Assembly: GCF_006345805.1 (NCBI RefSeq)
Contig: NC_043021.1
Location: 6,200,001-6,264,000 of the forward strand
Direction: 5' to 3'
DNA from: Octopus sinensis
Lineage: Eukaryota
Length of the DNA stretch: 64,000 nt
Part shown: piece after piece, positions 35,279 to 47,166 of the stretch
Numbering within the stretch: position 1 is the stretch's first letter
Layout: each line of letters starts with the position of its first letter
Notes under the pieces: model-generated
What the model was told of the DNA's origin: nothing
What the model saw: the letters and a program-made list of their open reading frames with translations, nothing else
The model's database searches: none
Position numbers and translations under genes: made by a program

Positions 35279-36162
35279 CAGGGTGTTCAAAAAATCTCTC
35301 TGCAGTGATTCTTTTTCAGCCTGCACATGCACAGCTTGACTATCACTGCGTTGGGGGCTGGGTGTCGGCTATTGTATCTCAGTCATTGTGTACTCTTTAG
35401 CATGTCGACATGCTAACCATTGAAGAACATACATTTTTAGCCGAATGGTCGTTTCGAGCTGGAAACAAATACACAGAAGTTCAGTGAAACTTTTCCAAAT
35501 ATTGTTGTTTCACATCGTGACACTGTATGGGATTTGATACGAAAATTTAGAAACGCAGGCTCAGTGGAAGACACAGCAAGAAGCGGTAGGCCTACTGTTC
35601 TTTCAGATGAAACATTCTCCAATATTTTTGATAAAGTCCTTACACAAATTGTCAAAGGAAATGGAAATCAGCCTAGGGAGTGCTCACATGGCAGTAAAAA
35701 AGAAATTAAATTTCTTTCCATACAAAGTGCTGGCCATTCAAGAATTAAAGACTATGGATCATGCTAAAAGGCTTCATTATTGTCATTGGTTCCAAAACTT
35801 TGTTGCCGAAAAAGACACAGAAGTGCTGGATGGGTGTTTTTACACTGATAAGGCTTGGTTTCATCTGTCAGGACACATAAATTCGTAAAACACAAGGTAA
35901 TGGAGCACTGAGAATCCATACATATATACATACACATACAAACGAGCCATTTCATCATGTTGAACCATTAATCCTTACACATTTTCTCTCAGCACAAGAA
36001 CTCCAGAATTTTATGTTACCAGAATAAACAACCTTGTAATTCATTGGCAAAAATGTGTTGATTGTAATGATACTTACTTTGATGAATAAAATTTCCACAT
36101 TGCTGAAATATATTGTGATGAATTTTATATTTCAAAATGTTGCTTACTTTTTACTCAGCCTG
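35279..36162 (+). mobile_element. Decayed Tc1/mariner-superfamily element (maT/rosa-like), internally deleted
   Basis: TA|CAGGGTG start. Frames give IRKFRNAGSVEDTARSGRP and FPYKV..IQELK..DHAKRL.YC.WF...FYTDKAWFHLSGHINS. Imperfect right TIR. Confidence 0.78.
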
Positions 36163-36299
36163 ATATATATATATATAGTTGCATAATAGTGGTTTTATCT
36201 CTAATCCATATTTTATATTTTATATATTTATACAGTGAAATTTGATTTAATACTAAACTGAATTTTTCCCTGTAAGTTTGGAGTTATACTCCCTAATAT

Positions 36300-36339
<40 letters not shown>

Positions 36340-36693
36340 TCACGATAAGGGCGAAAAAAATTGAATATTAATTAATAACATCAATTTAAAACACCAAGTG
36401 GCTTAGCGAAAAAAAACTGGGATACAGTAAAAATTATTAATACAATTATAATAATAAAATTATTAATATACAATTGTATATATATATAAAGACCCCCAAG
36501 CATATAGTATATTCATGTCAGCTCTGTCTGGTCATTTCATAACATAAAGCCTTAGTCACAAAATAAATACCTTGCCCCAATTTCCTACATAACCTATGGC
36601 CATGGGGGCCACAAAGAAATTCTTTAATCTCATAACTAATACATAAACAAATAAACGAAATTTTTTGAAAGAAATTTTTGACGAATCCATTAC

Positions 36694-36750
36694 CTTGGAA
36701 TACAGCTCCTGTTCCATTGTCTCTTTGGTACCAACAAGTTTATCTAAACG
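36694..36750 (-). CDS. XRCC4: XRCC4 coding exon 4
   Basis: Acceptor ttttccag|, encodes RLDKLVGTKETMEQELYSK (compare human RFEKCVSAKEALETDLYKR). Donor AAG|GTAATG; 57 nt. Confidence 0.9.
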
Positions 36751-36784
36751 CTGGAAAACAAAATACATCAATACATCAATATAG

Positions 36785-36955
36785 GCACATTGTGGGCCAT
36801 GACTGCTGAAGACATGCATAGGCTTGAAAGAAATGAAGGTAGCATGATCCGCTGGATGTGCACACACGACAGAGTGTAAGCACCCCGAGAGAAAAGTTGG
36901 GCATTAGAAGCATCAAATGTGGTGTGCAAGAGAGATGACTGCACTGGTATGGTCA
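36785..36955 (+). mobile_element. RTE-like LINE ORF2 C-terminal fragment
   Basis: WAMTAEDMHRLERNEGSMIRWMC...LHWYGQ. Confidence 0.7.
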
Positions 36956-37305
36956 GCCCCCCAGGGGAGGGGGGCTGGATGGAACAAAGAAGCAGTAATA
37001 TGATGCATGGTGCAATGTTATCTGGGGTGAAGCCTGGTAGGGAGTAATTGGCAAGGGTAAGGGTTGTTTTGATGGGATGAGGCAAAGAATAGTGACTGGG
37101 GAGGGGCAATAGAAAAGAATCTATATCTGGTGTGTGTTAGTGCATTTTACTCCAGGGGGTCTTCCACATACAAAACCTCCAGGTCAGTGTTTCTCAATTG
37201 GGGTCCTTATAAGATTTTTGGGGGTCCATACAACAAAATACTATATTTGGGATTCACAATAGTACTTTAAGGGTCCCTGAAAAAATTTTGCTTTAGATGT
37301 ATATA

Positions 37306-37692
37306 GGCACAGGAGTGGCTGTGTGGTAAGTAGCTTGATTACCAACCACATGGTTCCGGATTCAGTCCCACTGCGTGGCACTTTGGGCAAGTGTCTTCTA
37401 CTATAGCCTCAGGCCAACCAAAGATGGTAGATGGAAACTGAAAGAAGCCCGTTGTATATATGTATGTATATATGTATGTGTGTGTGTGTGTTTGTGTTTC
37501 TGTGTTTGTCACCCCAACATCACTTGACAACCGATGCTGGTGTGTTTACATTCCTGTAACTTAGTGGTTCAGCAAAAGAGACTGGTAGAATAAGTACTAG
37601 GCTTACAAAGAATAAGTCCTGGGGTCGATTTGCTCTACTAAAGGCGGTACCCCAGCATGGCCGCAGTCAAATGACTGAAACAAGTAAAAGAG
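37306..37692 (+). mobile_element. SINE family A
   Basis: Near full-length copy. Confidence 0.88.
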
Positions 37693-38680
37693 TTTATATA
37701 TATAGGAATTTTGAAAGAAGTTTCAATAAAACAAGTTTTTAAACATTAGAAAAGGGTCCACAGATTAAAAGTGGTTGAGAAACCCTTGCTCTGGATGGTA
37801 ACTTGGCCTGCTAAAAATAACAAGTCCCTCAAATTATAACCCTTGTCTTTAAAGATAGGAAGAACGCACTATATAGTGTGGTCCTAGATATTCTATGTCT
37901 AAATATAAGACAGGATGGTCACCACTTGAACATATTTGATCATGGTTTTTACACTGTTGACCTGGTGTTAAACTACAGCAACTCCTTAGACAAGTAATAT
38001 CTGTAGAGCTAGTTAAGGTTACAAAGGTTACAACAGTCCAAAATTGGAGCACACAGTGCAATCGTCAATGTGCAAAGTATATGATAAAATGAGGTAGTAT
38101 CTATGCCTGCTGAAAATAGCAGCCAAATCGCTCTTGAAATTACAGTCTAGTGTGTAAAAACATTTGAGCGAGGTCGTTGGCAGTACCACTTGACTGGCCC
38201 CTGTGCCGGTGGCATGTAAAAGCACCCACTACACTCTCGGAGTGGTTGGCATTAGGAAGGGCATCCAGCTGTAGAAATTTTGCCAGATCAAGATTGGAAC
38301 CTGGTGCAGCCATCTGGTTCGCCAGCCCTCAGTCAAATCGTCCAACCCATGCTAGCATGGAAAGCGGACGTTAAATGATGATGATGATGATGATGATGAT
38401 GGTGTCCTAAAAATAGAAGGATACACTGAATAATGAAATTGTCAATACATATGATGGAATGGTCATAGATGTTAGAAATAGAAGCCAAGTTGCTCTTGAA
38501 ATTATAGTTTAATGTCCTAAAAGTGGAAGGATATGTTGAATAATGAAATTGTCAATAAATATGATGGAATGGTCATAGCTGGAACATCTTTGGTTATAAG
38601 TCTGCTCAATACGAGCTGAATTTGTGGCTAATCAACACCAACAATGACAATACATGTGAGGTGACAAAATGAGATATTAC

Positions 38681-38845
38681 CTTGAGTGTATCAGCTTTCT
38701 CTTGCAATAACATATTTTTGTCTTTCTTCACTGACGTTACTTCCTGGTTTATATTTGATATCATATTTATACAATGGTCAAAAATTCTCTGTGTCATACA
38801 CCTGATGTCATTGATTTTAGAAAGTGTTGCTGAACCAAGAACAAA
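38681..38845 (-). CDS. XRCC4: XRCC4 coding exon 3
   Basis: Acceptor ctacttcag|, encodes FVLGSATLSKINDIRCMTQRIFDHCINMISNINQEVTSVKKDKNMLLQEKADTLK (compare human FRLGSFNLEKV...ELICYCLDTI). Donor AAG|GTAATA; 165 nt. Confidence 0.9.
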
Positions 38846-38860
38846 CTGAAGTAGAAAAGA

Positions 38861-38997
38861 GTGGAAAAAAAGAAAAAATTAGTAAAATTAGAAAAGGTGG
38901 AAAAAAATAAAAAAATAGTAAAATTAGAAAAGGTGGAAAAAAGAAAAAAATTAGTAAAATTAGAAAAGGTGGAAAAAAAGAAAAAATTAGTAAAAAA
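38861..38997. repeat. 36-bp minisatellite (about 3.8 copies) next to the XRCC4 exon 3 acceptor
   Basis: GTGG starts at 38861, 38897, 38933 and 38969. Confidence 0.9.
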
Positions 38998-39508
38998 CTA
39001 CATCAAAACAAGATATACTAATCATTTATAATATTTCATTTTAACATCCCTAGTATAAATACAGGCACCCATATGGTTCTGGAATAAATCCAACTGCAGA
39101 GTACCTTGAGCAAGTGTATACAGTGCTCAGGTGCACCATAACTTGTCAGAAAATGCGTATAAAGTGTATGCTTATCATAGCTCTAATTTGAGCAACTGTT
39201 TGAGAGTCAGTGAGTTAATACAAAAAGTGTGATAATTAAAGTTCATTAATGGTAAAAGAAGTGACATTTATTCATTCAATAAGCAGAAATTGATAAAATG
39301 TGTACCAGATTGAAATAAATACTGAAGTTGACATGAATAATTAAAAAGCCTTGAATGCTGGCCCCCAACACGGCTGCAGATTGCATCAATAACCAGCTGA
39401 AAGAAGTGTCTTCCTGGGGTTAAAATAGTTATAATATTGGTTTATATGGAATGGTGATGTTGAAGTAGCGATAAAGAAAAGAATATGAGTTTTCTATTTA
39501 ATCTTCTC

Positions 39509-40215
39509 GTGCCGGTGGCATGTAAAAAGCACCATCCGATTGTGGCTGTTGCCAGCCTCGCCTGGCCCCCGTGCCGGTGGCACGTAAAAAGCACCATCCG
39601 ATCGTGGACGTTGCCAGCCTCGTCTGGCCCCTGTGCCGGTGGCATGTAAAAAGCACCATCTGATCGTGGCCGTTTGCCAGCCTCGCCTGGCCCCCATGCC
39701 GGTGGCACGTAAAAAGCACCATCCGATCGTGGCCATTGCCAGCCTTGCCCGGCCCCCATGCCGGTGGCACGTAAAAAGCACCATCTGATCGTGGCCGTTT
39801 GCCAGCCTTGCCTGGCCCCCATGCCGGTGGCACGTAAAAAGCACCATCCGATCGTGGCCATTGCCAGCCTCGCCTGGCCCCCCGTGCCGGTGGCACATAA
39901 AAAGCATCAATCCGATTGTGGCCGTTTGCCAGCCTCGCCTGGCCCCTGTGCCGGTGGCACGTAAAAAGCACCATCCGATCGTGGATGTTTCCAGCCTGGC
40001 CTGGCCCCCGTGCTGGTGGCACGTAAAAAGCACCAATCCGATCGTGGCCGTTTGCCAGCCTCGCCTGGCCCCCGTCCTGGTGGCACGTAAAAAGCACCAA
40101 TCTGATCGTGGCCGTTTGCCAGCCTCGCCTGGCCCCCATGCCGGTGGCACGTAAAAAGCACCAATCCGATCGTGGCCGTTTGCCAGCCTCGTCTGGCACT
40201 TGTGCCGGTCGCACA
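39509..40215 (+). repeat. Tandem array of 11 full 62-64-bp monomers at the 5' end of a family D copy
   Basis: Unit starts at 39509, 39571, 39633, 39696, 39758, 39821, 39884, 39948, 40010, 40074, 40138 and 40202 (partial). Consensus GTGCCGGTGGCACGTAAAAAGCACCATCCGATCGTGGCCGTTTGCCAGCCTCGCCTGGCCCC. Confidence 0.95.
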
Positions 40216-40549
40216 AAAAAAGGACCCACTACACTCACAGAGTGGTTGGCGTTAGGAAGGGCATCCAGCCGTAGAAACATTGCCAGATCAGACTGGGCCT
40301 GGTGCAGCCTTCTGGCTCCCCAGACCCCAGTCGAACCGTCCAACCCATGCTAGCATGGAAAGTGGACGCTAAACGATGATGATGATGATGATGATCTTGG
40401 CCCTCTCAGTGCTCAGTTCTTTGATTCTGCTATCAGTTTTAATGGAGAAATTTCTAGTTGTTTGGTTAATGGAACCATCTACTCATTGTATAACAGTGTC
40501 TATGTTTGAGTATTCAACAGACTAATTAATTATTGCAATCTTCTCTATT

Positions 40550-40960
40550 TCATATAATTTGCCACAAGGGCAGCACACAGATAGAAGCTTGTGGGCTGGA
40601 CATGGACAAGATGAGATGAAATGAAACAAAACGATACGGATGGGAGGGATGTTGGCGCCCACCGACCGACAAACCCCCGAATACAAAGTTTCTTACAACA
40701 AAACAAAATTTTCTTACAACAATTCTCTTTGTCAGGTCCCCCAAGCTAAGTGACTTGCTGCCGGCAGACAACTCTGCATCGACAAGTCGGGGCCTGCAAA
40801 GAGGAGAGCAAATTCTTTCTTGTCAAAGGACGCTGTGACCTTTGACAAAATTTTTTCAGCCACTGCCTCTGCAGCCACCTGCGGAGGCCATATCGGACTA
40901 CTTGAGCAGACCGAGTACACACGTTCTCGGTCACTAATCTTCTCTCCAAATCAGTATGGC
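40550..40960 (-). mobile_element. Probable decayed Tx1/L1-type LINE 3' end
   Basis: Frameshifted AILIW/ERRLVTEN...QVVRYGLRRWLQ/EKILSK peptide. The 3' end cccttgtggcaaattatatgaaa resembles the 24.2-kb LINE tail. Confidence 0.4.
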
Positions 40961-41339
40961 ACTATATGTGAGGTTAGCTCTTTGAATTACAGAATCCATC
41001 TTGTATTGCCTTGCAAGTGGTTGAGTATTCCACAGGCACTTGTGCATTTAATTACTCCTCAGACAAAATCATTGTTACAAAGCTGGATCTTTGCATTACA
41101 TTTACATTCCATCCTTCACTGGGTGGAATGTAAATTTAGGAAATTTGCTTTTTGCACATACAAGAGTGAGAAGTTGATTACATCAAATCCAGTGCTCAAC
41201 TAGTATTTCTTCTGTGAACCCCAAAAGGATAAAAGCAAAGACAATCATGGCAGAATTTGAGCTCAGAATATAAAGAACCAGAAGACATGCTGTCTAGCAT
41301 TCTGTCTGAAGTAATAATGATTCTGCCAGTTTGCAATAG

Positions 41340-41398
41340 TAATAATGATGATGATAATGATGATGATGATGATGATGACAATGATGAGGATGACAATC

Positions 41399-41433
<35 letters not shown>

Positions 41434-41690
41434 GATTATGATGATGATGACGATGATGACAATCATGATGATGATGATGATGAAGATTATAATGATGATG
41501 ATGATGATGATGATGACGACGATGACAATCATGATGATGATGATGATGATGAAGATTATAATGATGATGATGATGATGAGGATGATGATGAGGATTATAA
41601 TGATGATGATGATGATGAAGATTATAATGATGATGATGATGGTGATGAGGATGATGATAACAATGATGATGATGATGATGATGATGATAT
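41340..41690. repeat. Compound (GAT)n trinucleotide repeat with recurring GACAATCAT and GAAGATTAT interruptions
   Basis: Directly visible in the sequence. Confidence 0.95.
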
Positions 41691-41727
41691 TTTCTGTGAC
41701 AATATGTTGGTGTCTTTTGAAACTTAC

Positions 41728-41882
41728 TTTGAGACCTTCGGCTGCATTTTCCTCCTTCCACCTGAATAGAATCTTTTCGTTAGAAGCATGATCTATTTCA
41801 TAGCTAAAACTTCTGTCCTGGTAAGATATTCTGGTTAATGGTTGGAAATCTGAACATTGATTATTGCTGTCATTCTTCAACA
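41728..41882 (-). CDS. XRCC4: XRCC4 coding exon 2
   Basis: Acceptor ttatttccag|, encodes (V)LKNDSNNQ...EKILFRWKEENAAEGLK, donor |GTAAGT. 155 nt; phases 1 to 0 fit both neighbours. Confidence 0.82.
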
Positions 41883-41982
41883 CTGGAAATAATAGGAAAT
41901 ATTAGCATATATATCTGCACACACACACACACACAATTTAATTATATACATACATAAATATTACCATATATACGGTAATAAT

Positions 41983-42016
<34 letters not shown>

Positions 42017-42122
42017 TAATAATAATAATCACAGGGATACTTCAATATCATATAGTAAATACCTAGATAGTACACAGAAAACGCATTGATATCACAGAGA
42101 AAAAATTTTGAAATTTTTAAAA

Positions 42123-42527
42123 GGCGCAGGAGTGGCTGTGTGGTAAGTAGCTTGCTTACCAACCACATGGTTCCAGGTTCAGTCCCACTGTGTGGCACTT
42201 TGGGCAAGTGTCTTCTACTATAGCCTCAGGCTGACCAAAGCCTTGTGAGTGAATTTGGTAGATGGAAACTGAAAGAAGCCCGTCGTATATATGTATATAT
42301 ATGTATGTGTGTGTATGTGTTTGTGTGTCTGTGTTTGTCCTCCCAACATCGCTTGACAACCGATGCGGGTGTTTACGTCCTTGTAACTTAGCGGTTCGGC
42401 AAAAGAGACTGATAGAATAAGTACTAGGCTTACAAAGAATAAGTCCTGGGGTCGATTTGCTCGACTAAAGGCAGTGCTCCAGCATGGCCGCAGTCAAATG
42501 ACTGAAACAAGTAAAAGAGTAAAAGAG
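42123..42527 (+). mobile_element. SINE family A
   Basis: Full-length copy. Confidence 0.9.
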
Positions 42528-42974
42528 CATCTTTGATGTCATATGATTTTGATATGGCAGAGAAGGTACTCTGATATAATAAGAGAATACCCCTCAGTCC
42601 TCATTGTTGAGAACAATTAAGAATACCTCAATATCACAGTAGACGACACATGGATATCCCAGATGAGAAGACCTTGGTACTATAGATGGGACACCTTGAT
42701 TTTGCTGAAAAGATACATTAAATTTTCTAGCCGTTCATTCTAATGCTCCTTTTGTCATTTCACCCAGCTGTCACATAACTCTTGGTTCATCTAGCCATCG
42801 TTTCAGTCAACAGTGAGTACACCTATCTGTTAATCCATCCAACTGCCAGTTCATCTCATCTGTGTTCACTCTACTGCCTGTTCACCAAGGTATCAGTTCA
42901 CCTAACCATCGACTCACCCAGATCTCAACTGTTAGTTAACCTGTTTGCACAATCACTCAGGTATTTTTTTTTTT

Positions 42975-43355
42975 TTACTTGTTTCAGACATTTGACTGCA
43001 GCCATGCTGGAGCACCGCCTTTAGTCAAGCAAATCGACCCCGGGACTTATTCTTTGTAAGCCCAGTACTTATTCTATCGGTCTCTTTTGCTGAACCGCTA
43101 AGTGACGGGGACGTAACCACACTAGCATCGGTTGTCCAGCAATGCTAGGGGGACAAACACAGACACACAAACACACACACCCATACATATATATATATAC
43201 ATATATACAACAGGCTTCTTTCAGTTTCCGTTTACCAAATCCACTCACAAGGCATTGGTTGGCCTGGGGCTATAGCAGAAGACACTTGCCCAAGATGCCA
43301 CACAGTGGGACTGAACCCGGAACCATGTGGTTGGTTAGCAAGCTACTTACCACCA
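42975..43355 (-). mobile_element. SINE family A
   Basis: Near full-length reverse copy. Confidence 0.9.
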
Positions 43356-43992
43356 CTAGGACATTTTTGAACTTGCATTTGTAAGATTGACATCAAATTC
43401 TTTAAGCTTTACCTCTCGTTCACTTCACACTAGACACTACCTTGAAAACTAGATACTAGCTTAACACTTTAGCATTTATTCTGACCACATCTGACCTAAA
43501 TATCTGCTCATTGTTAGGTTAACCTGTTAGTATTCAGATTATTTGCTCCCATTGTTTTGAATTAATTAGGCATTATCTCATAGCTTTGAGAATTCAATTA
43601 TTGCAATTGTTGCATTATTGGAATGACATTGTAAGGAGCTGGCAGAAACGTTAGCATGCTGGGTGAAATGCTTTGTGGTATTTCGTCCGCCGCTGCATTC
43701 TGAGTTCATATTCCACTGATGTCGACTTTGCCTTTCATTCTTTCGGGGTCGATTAAATAAATACCAGTTACGCACTGGGGTTGATTAAATAAATACCAGT
43801 TACGCACTGGGGTCGATATAATTGATTTAATCCGTTTGTCTGTCCTTGTTTGTCCCCTCTTTGTTTAGCCCCTTGAGGGTAGTAAAGAAATAGGTGAGAG
43901 AGATCAGATCTGGTTGGTTTGGGCATAAAACCGATAAGATATTTCAGCTGGATATGGTCTGTTTAAATGACAGAGGTTCATAATATACTTAC

Positions 43993-44116
43993 CGAATCCA
44001 CTCCAAAAGTCTTGACAATCTGTTATAATCAAATCATAGCCCTCATCTTTGATTGTGGTGAAGAGGTAGAATTCTCTGTTATTGGCGATTACCTTAATAA
44101 ATGTCATATCTTCCAT
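43993..44116 (-). CDS. XRCC4: DNA repair protein XRCC4, coding exon 1 of 10
   Basis: MEDMTFIKVIANNREFYLFTTIKDEGYDLIITDCQDFWSGF resembles the XRCC4 head (F.I.LTD...W.G). The ATG lies 1 nt after acceptor cttttctag|. Donor G|GTAAGT; 124 nt. Confidence 0.85.
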
Positions 44117-45006
44117 TCTAGAAAAGACAATTAAAGAAATGATTTAGTTGCATTGGTTATCAATTTTTCTCATCAATGATAATAGCATATCAGTACAACA
44201 TATCGATGTTACTAGAATAGTAGTGCCATACCAGCATGCCATACCTAGCATATGAATTGTAGGATCATATTAATATGTCTACATGGCAGCTTGGGCAAAT
44301 GTGATTTTCTACAGCCTTTCATCATCATCATCATCATCATTTAGCGTCCGTTTTCCATGCTAGCATGGGTTGGACGGTTCAACTGGGGTCTGTTAAGCCG
44401 GAAGTATGCATCAGGCCCAGTCAGATCTGGCAGTGTTTCTACGGCTGGATGCCCTTCCTAACGCCAACCACTCGTGAGTGTAGTGGGTGCTTTTTACATG
44501 CATGAAATTGTACAGAAGGCCATCAAGTGGATTGTACCTGTAAATACAAACAGTATAGCCTTGTCACAGACTATTTTACATTGATTCATCATCATCATTT
44601 AATGTCTGCCTTCTATTCTGGCGTGGGTGGGTTGGTCGGTTTTACAGGAGCCAACCAGGTAGAAGACTACACCAGATTTCTGTGTCTGTTTTGGCAGGGC
44701 TTTTATGGCTGGATGCCCTTCAAAATGCCAATCCCTTCAGTTTGGATTGGATGGTTTTTACATGGCATCAGCACTGGCAGGGTTACCAAGCAACTTGCAA
44801 GACAAGGAATTTTGAGAGAGGAAAGGACATCAGAGGAGGGGATCTTATGTCAAATGATGAAAGATTAGGGTGTGACAGAGAAGCAGAAACAGGAGTCTTG
44901 TATAAGAAATAAATTAAGGGTACACATGTATGTGGAATACTCAGCTACTTATTACCATATTAATTCAGGAGCAGATAATTTAGTAGATCAAACAACTGAA
45001 TCTGGA

Positions 45007-45390
45007 TGGAAGCACTCCGTCGGTTACGACGACGAGGGTTCCGGTTGATCCGAATCAACGGAACAGCCTGCTCGTGAAATTAACGTGTAAGTGGCTGAGC
45101 ACTCCACAGACACGCGTACCCTTAACGTAGTTCTCGGGGATATTCAGCGTGACACAGAGTATGACAAGGCCGGCCCTTTGAAATACAGGTACAACAGAAA
45201 CAGGAAGTAAGAGTGAGAGAAAGTTGTGGTGAAAGAGTACAGCAGGGATCACCACTATCCCTTGCCGGAGCCTCGTGGAACTTTTAGGTATTTTCGCTCA
45301 ATAAACACTCACAACGCCTGGTCTGGGAATCGAAACCGCGATCCTATGACCGCGAGTCCGCTGCCTTAACCACTGGGCCATTGCGCCTCC
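45007..45390 (-). mobile_element. SINE family B1
   Basis: Full-length; CAACTGAATCT near both flanks. Confidence 0.9.
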
Positions 45391-45933
45391 ACCAACTGAA
45401 TCTACATAGTCAAACAAGGAGATCCACCACATATGTATGAGGGGTCACCAATTTAGAGATAAAGGATTGGGTATTTAGTGCAAGATCAGATGCTGCTCAC
45501 TTGATCTGGTAGAAATAGCAGCGAAAGCTTTTCTTTTAAATTATTCTCTAACATTTTAAAAATTGCAAAGGATGCTGTAAACAGTGTAATCCAAGATAGT
45601 TTTTGATTATAAGCCTGCTGGACCAGGGCTGACATGGAACTAAAACTGTAACAGGCACAATAAAAACTGTACTTGCTGTGGTTTAGTCATAGATCAGCCC
45701 TAATCGAAGGTCTCTGATTCTGGAGTCTAGGAGAGAATTACAAATGTATTGTCACATAAATGTCACGTGTAAACACAATTATATTTACTTACCTTTCGTT
45801 GTATTGGAGCAGCAGATTCAATATTTCATTTAAAAGTAAAAATCATAAGTTTGTTGTTTATATTTCACATTGAACTTCCAAAATCTTCAGTCCTGGTTGA
45901 AAAAAAAAAAATTCTTTTTTTAAATGTACTATA

Positions 45934-46337
45934 GGCGCAGAGGTGGCTGTGTGGTAAGTAGCTTGCTAACCAACCACGTGGTTCTGGGTTCAGTCCCACT
46001 GCGTGGCACCTTGGGCAAGTGTCTTCTGCTATAGCCCCGGGCCGACCAATGCCTTGTGAGTGGATTTCGTAGACGGAAACTGAAAGAAGCCCGTCGTATA
46101 TATGTATATATATGTATGTGTGTGTGTGTGTTTGTGTTTGTCCCCCCCCAACATTGCTTGACAACCGATGCTGGTGTGTTTACGTCCCCGTCACTTAGTG
46201 GTTCGGCAAAAGAGACAGATTGAATAAGTACTGGGCTTACAAAAGAATAAGTCCCGGGGTCGAGTTGCTCGATTAAAGGTGGTGCTCCAGCATGGCCGCA
46301 GTCAAATGACTGAAACAAGTAAAAGAGTAAAAGAGTA
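45934..46337 (+). mobile_element. SINE family A
   Basis: Full-length copy. Confidence 0.9.
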
Positions 46338-46774
46338 TGTCCTTTTAACAAATAATTAGAAAATAGTTTGATTGTGAGATGTGGGCATTGAATATAGAGG
46401 ATCGCCTATGGGCTGTGCACCAGTAAATGTTTCGACTGAGGTACATTACTACCTTATGGCCTAACTAAAAATATATGGAGCTACACAAACTTCTGGTTTT
46501 GTGCCTCAGCAAGGTCATCTTGCCTTACATCCTCCTGCAGTTGATAAAATTAGTATAACTAGCCATATCCAACTACTAGAATTTGTAGTCTGGTGTCTGT
46601 GTCAGAAATCAATGTAACTCTCTCATTGAGAACTCTGTGCAAATATGAAACCTTCAAAGATTTTCTGAAAGTTATAAAAAAGTATATAAGTAATTTTTTA
46701 TTAAATCACATCTTATAAAATATATCTGTTTTACGATATAAAAATCTCAAAAAAAAAAAGTGTAAAAGTTGAAG

Positions 46775-47110
46775 AGAAAAGATCTGCTGAATGTAAAATG
46801 TTAATGTGCATGAAGATAAGGCTTCGTTAGATAAGCAGTGAGAGAAACTGGGTTTGAGAGGAATGAACTTTGGTATGCAGGAAGGACAGCTGCACTGATA
46901 TGGACACATAATAGATACAGAAGATGACAGGTCAGCCAAGAAGCGCCAGGAGGGCAGATGGGTCTCATGTAAGAGAAAGATTAAGGAAAATACGAGCTGA
47001 ACCCCCCACACAAGAAATGACAAAGGAATGTAACAAGTGGTGGGAAGCTGTTTTGGAGAGGACCCATCTAAATCATGCAAGTATAGAAAAACAGATGAAA
47101 AAATGATGAT
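46775..47110 (+). mobile_element. Decayed RTE-like LINE 3' fragment
   Basis: Similar to the 36.8-kb and 50.3-kb fragments (gagagaaactggg...ctgcactgatatggaca); ends in gatgat. Confidence 0.5.
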
Positions 47111-47115
47111 ATATG

Positions 47116-47166
<51 letters not shown>

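Noticed and set aside
39509-40215. CRISPR-like repeat/spacer appearance of the monomer array
   Set aside because: The spacers are homologous to one another, there are no cas genes, the context is eukaryotic, and the array is contiguous with a retroposon body.
40620-40960. RNase MRP/P, 7SK, SRP or telomerase RNA identity for the structured island
   Set aside because: The required conserved motifs (GAAAGUCCCC with a distant P4 partner, the GAUC motifs of 7SK, the SRP Alu/S domains, a CUAACCCU template) are absent.
41257-41883. Poly-Asp, poly-His, poly-Met and poly-Ile ORFs (biomineralisation-protein-like)
   Set aside because: They are by-products of a (GAT)n repeat that is open in several frames. 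Only 41728-41882 on minus is a real exon.
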